Notes under the pieces: generated by a model | The model's database searches: none | The model's input: only the letters and a program-made list of their open reading frames with translations | What the model was told of the DNA's origin: nothing | Translations under genes and position numbers: made by a program | In this document: positions 59,152 to 64,000 of the stretch, in pieces | Numbering within the stretch: position 1 is the stretch's first letter | How the letters are laid out: each line of letters begins with the position of its first letter | Origin: a virus | Taxonomy: Duplodnaviria; Caudoviricetes | Length of the DNA: 64,000 bases | Direction: 5' to 3' (one strand) | IMG/VR virus record: IMGVR_UViG_3300028797_000100 | Location: 99,721-163,720 of that record

Positions 59152-60048
59152 ATGGCTATACTCACTTCAGATAATCTCCTTGAAATATGGGAACCTGTAA
59201 TCCCAGGGGTTGAAGGAACAATCGTTATCGTCGGTGTGAATGCAGATGATAAGACCATCCTTGCACAACAGCTGCTCAATAAAGAACTTTGTACCGATGT
59301 AATTCATTATAATATGAATACATTCGACCAGGTGTTTAAACCACGTGGAGATAAGTGGTCATTCAAAGATACCGAGGTACCAGAAGAATCCAAAGGATTG
59401 GGTGTCTTTAAATTAAATAATAAGGGTGATGTTGTTTCCACCAAAATACTCGGTGAGTTTACTGGATGTGAAAACTATCTTAAGATGGATGGTGACAAAG
59501 CTCAGTTTGATTCTGGCGCTATTCGTTACACTAAAACAGGTAAAGGTAGATATGACCTCGTCCCTGGTGACGAAATCTCCGACATAATTGGTTATGCGAA
59601 CGATCTCTGGGTTGGGAAGAATGTAATTGCTATATCAAAGGCGAACATAATCGAAGATGCATATCGTGGTACCCCTTATGATAGATTCGCAAATACAGTT
59701 ATAAATCTTATCATATATCACTATGCACCATATGACATCGTTCAAAATGACATAGGTATGACTGCACATGAGGTAACACCTGTATCATTTGATGCTGGTG
59801 TAGCACCAATGCTGAGAGATTTGGCTATACACTACGAGAATGGTGCCGAGAAGTACGGCGTTGATAACTGGAAGAAAGGCATTCCAGTTACAGGTGGTGA
59901 TAGAGGTGGTTCATTTATGGATTCAGCTATGCGTCATCTTACACAGTATCTTATCGGTCTTACAGATGAACCCCATCAGATATCATGTATCTGGAATTGT
60001 GTATGTGGTCTATGGACACTCCATCAGGAAGAGTTAAAGAAAGATTAA
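59152..60048 (+). CDS. DUF5664-type dATP/dGTP diphosphohydrolase domain protein
   Basis: FDSGAIR...KGRYDLVP ... HYENGAEKYGVDNWKKGIP...DSAMRHL...H...WN. Confidence 0.75.
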   Translation: MAILTSDNLLEIWEPVIPGVEGTIVIVGVNADDKTILAQQLLNKELCTDVIHYNMNTFDQVFKPRGDKWSFKDTEVPEESKGLGVFKLNNKGDVVSTKILGEFTGCENYLKMDGDKAQFDSGAIRYTKTGKGRYDLVPGDEISDIIGYANDLWVGKNVIAISKANIIEDAYRGTPYDRFANTVINLIIYHYAPYDIVQNDIGMTAHEVTPVSFDAGVAPMLRDLAIHYENGAEKYGVDNWKKGIPVTGGDRGGSFMDSAMRHLTQYLIGLTDEPHQISCIWNCVCGLWTLHQEELKKD

Positions 60049-60119
60049 AGTAGGGGACCTCGTGTCCCCTCTTTTTTATTCTTATATACATATATAATTC
60101 TTGTGAAAGGAGTGATGAT

Positions 60120-61049
60120 ATGATCGTCATGAGTAAGAGATGTTTCCTAAATAAGTTCATTCAAATGAATACTGCGGAAACTGTATTGAATGCAAATTAT
60201 TATATGGCCGATGACGGTAAGAAGAAGAGCACAACAAATATCAATCCAAACATAAGAAGAAATGAATATGGAGAGATAATTGAAGAACCATCCGGAACAA
60301 TAGAAGCTACATATACATGTGGCGTTGGTGCCGAGAACATGGGTTCCGTATTTCATATCCGCAGGTCGAATATACTCAATCCAGAAGGATATAATGCGGA
60401 ATATGTTATGGGTCAATCAAATGATGGATTCAATTCTCCTGAGGAAAGGTATATCAATCATCTACAGCAGAAAGATACCATGATAGCTGTATTCAACTTC
60501 TTATTTGGACATCAGCTTCAAGGCAATGGTCTTCAGATATTGATATTCACAGATTGTGCAAACTTGAAAAGATTCGGCAATATACTATGTCAATTCTTAT
60601 CAATGACATATGGTGTTGATATTGTATTCTTGGATCCAGCATATAGACCGGATTGTAGAGGACAAGTTAAATATGAAGGTAACAAACAACAGGGAATTGT
60701 CAATTCAAAATTCTTGATGGATTGTGATACTGTATCTAAATTTGATGCAGCAATAGATCAGTCTCGACTTCGTGGTACATTATCCAATATAAGAGAATTC
60801 TTACAGAGCTTCCATGGTATGGAATTGATGAATATCTATAATCTTCTATTTCCAAACGACCCTCTACCTCAGGGTAATTATACCGATGATCAGCTACGAG
60901 AGATACTCATATATCGTGCAACTGAAGGACAAGTCATTGACAGTGGTCAATTGGCAAATGTCTTGGTCGAGAACGACTGGGCTTCAGTACTTGATAGAAT
61001 GAGCTCGGAAGCAGAAGACTTCGGTCTTGATGACACAGGTCTATTCTAA
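60120..61049 (+). CDS. Hypothetical protein
   Basis: Promoter motif at 60088; RBS aaaggag; terminator at 61054-61087. Confidence 0.75.
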   Translation: MIVMSKRCFLNKFIQMNTAETVLNANYYMADDGKKKSTTNINPNIRRNEYGEIIEEPSGTIEATYTCGVGAENMGSVFHIRRSNILNPEGYNAEYVMGQSNDGFNSPEERYINHLQQKDTMIAVFNFLFGHQLQGNGLQILIFTDCANLKRFGNILCQFLSMTYGVDIVFLDPAYRPDCRGQVKYEGNKQQGIVNSKFLMDCDTVSKFDAAIDQSRLRGTLSNIREFLQSFHGMELMNIYNLLFPNDPLPQGNYTDDQLREILIYRATEGQVIDSGQLANVLVENDWASVLDRMSSEAEDFGLDDTGLF

Positions 61050-61106
61050 CAATAAATGACCAACTTCGTGTTGGTCATTTTTTTTTCTACAAGGAGTGAT
61101 TAAACT

Positions 61107-64000
61107 ATGGGAGCTCAGACAGCCAATCCAATGGCAGAGTATTTATTGAAACTCCAACTCATCGTTTCCAATACTGAATTTATGAACGATGAAGAAGCTC
61201 GTAAATATGAAACATTGGAATCAAGACTTGCTGGTGATAAATATGTGAGAGCTGTTACAAAGACAGATATATTTGAAAACTACACATATGCTGATACAGC
61301 TGTCTATGATCTCTTAATCCATTATGGTTATCAAGAAGACCAAGTATTCTTATGGATTAAGAACCCTTCAATGATTCCACAATCTATGAAGAATATTCTC
61401 ATGGAGGGAGCACGTCAACAAGTCATATCGAACTATGTTGAACAAAATAAATATTATGCAACTTTAACCGGTACACCATTCGTCGGTAATGATAAAGTTG
61501 ATCCTGATCCTATTATACCAATACCGGATGGATTCTATACACAATATCAAAATGATACAGTTCTTATGCGTGGTATGCCAATACATGAAATGCCAAAGAA
61601 GTATCAAGAGTTATTCATGAATTCCAAGTACTACCAGGAGACTTTAGACAAATACCCCGAGGTAGCATACATAAAATACATCGGAAGTAACTCAATTCCG
61701 ATAGAGGTTTCTCGTAAAGCACGTGATGGTGATATACTTTTAATCAATACTTCTAAATTATCAACACATCATGCAATCTTTGGTAATGTATCCGTTGAAC
61801 CTGATATCGTTCATGCATACACAAACATCTATAGATCTACACGTGACTATGTATATCAAACACTCAGAGGTGATTTCTCATCTATATATGAGAATTATAA
61901 CGAGTTGATCAGATACCTGACAATCTATATGTCATTAGGTGCTGCATTAAATGAATTCCAGAAGAAGTCCGCTAAGCTCATATACATGAATAATGTAACA
62001 GCTAACAATCTCTTTACTCTTTATGGTCTTCCTTCTGTAATAATGGAAGGTGCACCAATGATAGAGTTCTTGAAGAAATTTAGAACCATTCTTATGGATA
62101 AAGGTACTAACTATGTATACAGAGTTAAAGACCTTATTGGATATGGTGATACAGATATCTATACACTCGTAATGGTTAAACAGCAAATCTTTGAGAATGG
62201 TAAACCTAAGTACATATATAAAGATGGAGAACCTCCTCAGCCAATGTACAAGATCGTATTCCGTAGACTTGGAACTGCTGATGACAATACATCATACTTC
62301 AAGTTCCGTGAAAGCACAGTCGAGTATCCTTATGAAGATATACGTGATGCTGATCCACGTTGGTGGAATACTCCTGAAGTTGAAGCTATCTTGAATGATA
62401 TGAATTATACTTTATCAAATTCAAAGTATATTCAGTTATCTACTCATATGAGTATGACTGATATCTGGTGGCAATCAGTTATATTCCTTAGAGGTATGAT
62501 GGATCGTCGTTCAGAAACAAGTAACATGATTCTCAATCTCAATAGAGATATTGATAACTCATCTACCATAACATTATTCGATGCAATATTGTCATTGATA
62601 GTTATGATGCACTGGCAGTTACAAATTCCGGGCAGTATGTATCTTCCTAATACAGGATATGATACTTGTCTTGATCTGTTACTTGAAGGATTTGACTATG
62701 ATACACCTATAACAAAATGGGGAGATCCGTTCAAAATTGCTTCATTCAACTTCGACGTTAGATCAAAGGATAAAACCAAATGGGAAGCATTGATCGATTA
62801 TGAATACCTTGGTGCTGACTTTGTTCAGAAAGTTGAAAAGATACTTGATCGTCAGGACAGTAATATCGGTGAAGTATTAATGGTTGATATACGTTCTATA
62901 TACGACTTCCTTGCAGAGAAAGTTAGAACAGCAACAACTATTCATGATTATCGTCAAGCAACCGAAGCATACAACACATTGTTCTTGGTTGATCCTGTAC
63001 GTGATTGGTATGATTCCGATACTCGCAAAACTGATGAGATCATTTGCGAAAGATTCATGATATCTGACGCAGAGTATTCACAATTGAAGACGTTCTTTAA
63101 CATTCCATCTGTTAAGATTCGTAAAGATGGTGAATACAAGATACCTGAACCAGATTTACTTGTTGACTATAATGAGCACAAGTATCCGGTATATCTGTGG
63201 GATGTATTGAATAACAATGTTCTCGACGTTGCCATTGCACCATATAAGCGAGTTGATGAAGAAGACGATCCTGTTAGTGAATATGTCTTCAGAGATTCTG
63301 CATTCGTAGATGAATTCAACAAAGCACTGATACATTACTACACTGGAGCGTTATCACCTGCTGAGAGAGAAGCTACATATGCCGATGAGAATATTGAAAA
63401 GATGGCTGAATCTGGATTATCTAGTGCAATAAAGGATAATTACCTTGTCATCATAAAGGATAAAGTTAACATTGACATTGGTAACAGTTCCGAATATGGC
63501 CCTACAACATTTGAATATCTTCTTATGATGGAAAATACTTCGCTGTATGATTACATCAATGACCAGAGGCTCAATAACAAACAAGAAATAATCACAATGA
63601 TGAGATCAATCATTCAAGCATTGGAGATATACACTAATTCATCATTGTCTGCTTTGACATGTTCTGTGTTGGGTGTTGATAAATATATCTCTATTCTGAA
63701 AGAAGTTATTTCATACTTCAAATCATACATGGTTGAATTCACACGTGATGAATTCAGATATATCTTTGGAGGTATATTGGATAACGGTGGTAATGGAGAT
63801 ATGTTAAAACTCATCGATGAAATACCTTGTGGTACAATTGAGATAGCTCCGAATGATTCAATGGCTTTGTTTGATGTATCTCATGCTAATGTTTACTTTG
63901 GTATGGCAGATGAGAATATAGGATTCATGTATGATGAAGCATTATTCAGATTAGCTGGTACATATGGAAACATAAAGCAGAGTGGATATCAATTATGGTA
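61107..64000 (+). CDS. Very large virion structural protein (baseplate-like), 3'-truncated by window
   Basis: ATG 61107 follows aaggag and reads MGAQTANPMAEYLLKLQL...YVEQNKYYATLTG. It is absent from the ORF track, consistent with no stop before the window end. Confidence 0.7.
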   Translation, partial: MGAQTANPMAEYLLKLQLIVSNTEFMNDEEARKYETLESRLAGDKYVRAVTKTDIFENYTYADTAVYDLLIHYGYQEDQVFLWIKNPSMIPQSMKNILMEGARQQVISNYVEQNKYYATLTGTPFVGNDKVDPDPIIPIPDGFYTQYQNDTVLMRGMPIHEMPKKYQELFMNSKYYQETLDKYPEVAYIKYIGSNSIPIEVSRKARDGDILLINTSKLSTHHAIFGNVSVEPDIVHAYTNIYRSTRDYVYQTLRGDFSSIYENYNELIRYLTIYMSLGAALNEFQKKSAKLIYMNNVTANNLFTLYGLPSVIMEGAPMIEFLKKFRTILMDKGTNYVYRVKDLIGYGDTDIYTLVMVKQQIFENGKPKYIYKDGEPPQPMYKIVFRRLGTADDNTSYFKFRESTVEYPYEDIRDADPRWWNTPEVEAILNDMNYTLSNSKYIQLSTHMSMTDIWWQSVIFLRGMMDRRSETSNMILNLNRDIDNSSTITLFDAILSLIVMMHWQLQIPGSMYLPNTGYDTCLDLLLEGFDYDTPITKWGDPFKIASFNFDVRSKDKTKWEALIDYEYLGADFVQKVEKILDRQDSNIGEVLMVDIRSIYDFLAEKVRTATTIHDYRQATEAYNTLFLVDPVRDWYDSDTRKTDEIICERFMISDAEYSQLKTFFNIPSVKIRKDGEYKIPEPDLLVDYNEHKYPVYLWDVLNNNVLDVAIAPYKRVDEEDDPVSEYVFRDSAFVDEFNKALIHYYTGALSPAEREATYADENIEKMAESGLSSAIKDNYLVIIKDKVNIDIGNSSEYGPTTFEYLLMMENTSLYDYINDQRLNNKQEIITMMRSIIQALEIYTNSSLSALTCSVLGVDKYISILKEVISYFKSYMVEFTRDEFRYIFGGILDNGGNGDMLKLIDEIPCGTIEIAPNDSMALFDVSHANVYFGMADENIGFMYDEALFRLAGTYGNIKQSGYQLW

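Noticed and set aside
1-64000. Phage nucleus shell (chimallin) or tubulin genes; Z-DNA pathway
   Set aside because: I recognise no ChmA, PhuZ or PurZ sequence in this window. Their absence here says nothing about the rest of the genome.

Overview
This window is a 64 kb segment of an AT-rich jumbo bacteriophage of the phiKZ/AR9(PBS1)-like type. The strong AAGGAGG ribosome-binding sites suggest a Firmicutes host (inference). It carries a split multisubunit RNA polymerase beta fragment, a GroEL-like chaperonin, UvsX/RecA, an SbcD/Mre11 nuclease, an NAD-dependent ligase, a primase, a dCMP deaminase, a DUF5664-type nucleotide hydrolase, tRNA-Gln(UUG) and blocks of virion genes. Its DnaB-like helicase is interrupted by a group I intron that encodes a NUMOD4-HNH endonuclease. 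Five features stand out. (1) A ~1.15 kb non-coding array of GGY/NRY-NN pentamers at ~55613-56768 has its own promoter and is organised in 36-nt higher-order units; it looks like a guide-RNA array with a non-contiguous code. (2) A TROVE/Ro60 gene is followed directly by a highly base-paired, Y-RNA-like element. (3) Three prion-like Q/N/G/Y/P-rich proteins share an SRRN(M/F) motif, and one of them lies directly upstream of a kinase. (4) Predicted protease-matured head proteins include a kinase/pseudokinase pair and a half-ferritin domain. (5) The phage encodes an ABC exporter and a 17-aa peptide ORF enclosed in a long-range stem. All calls come from reading motifs by eye; no searches or folding programs were run.
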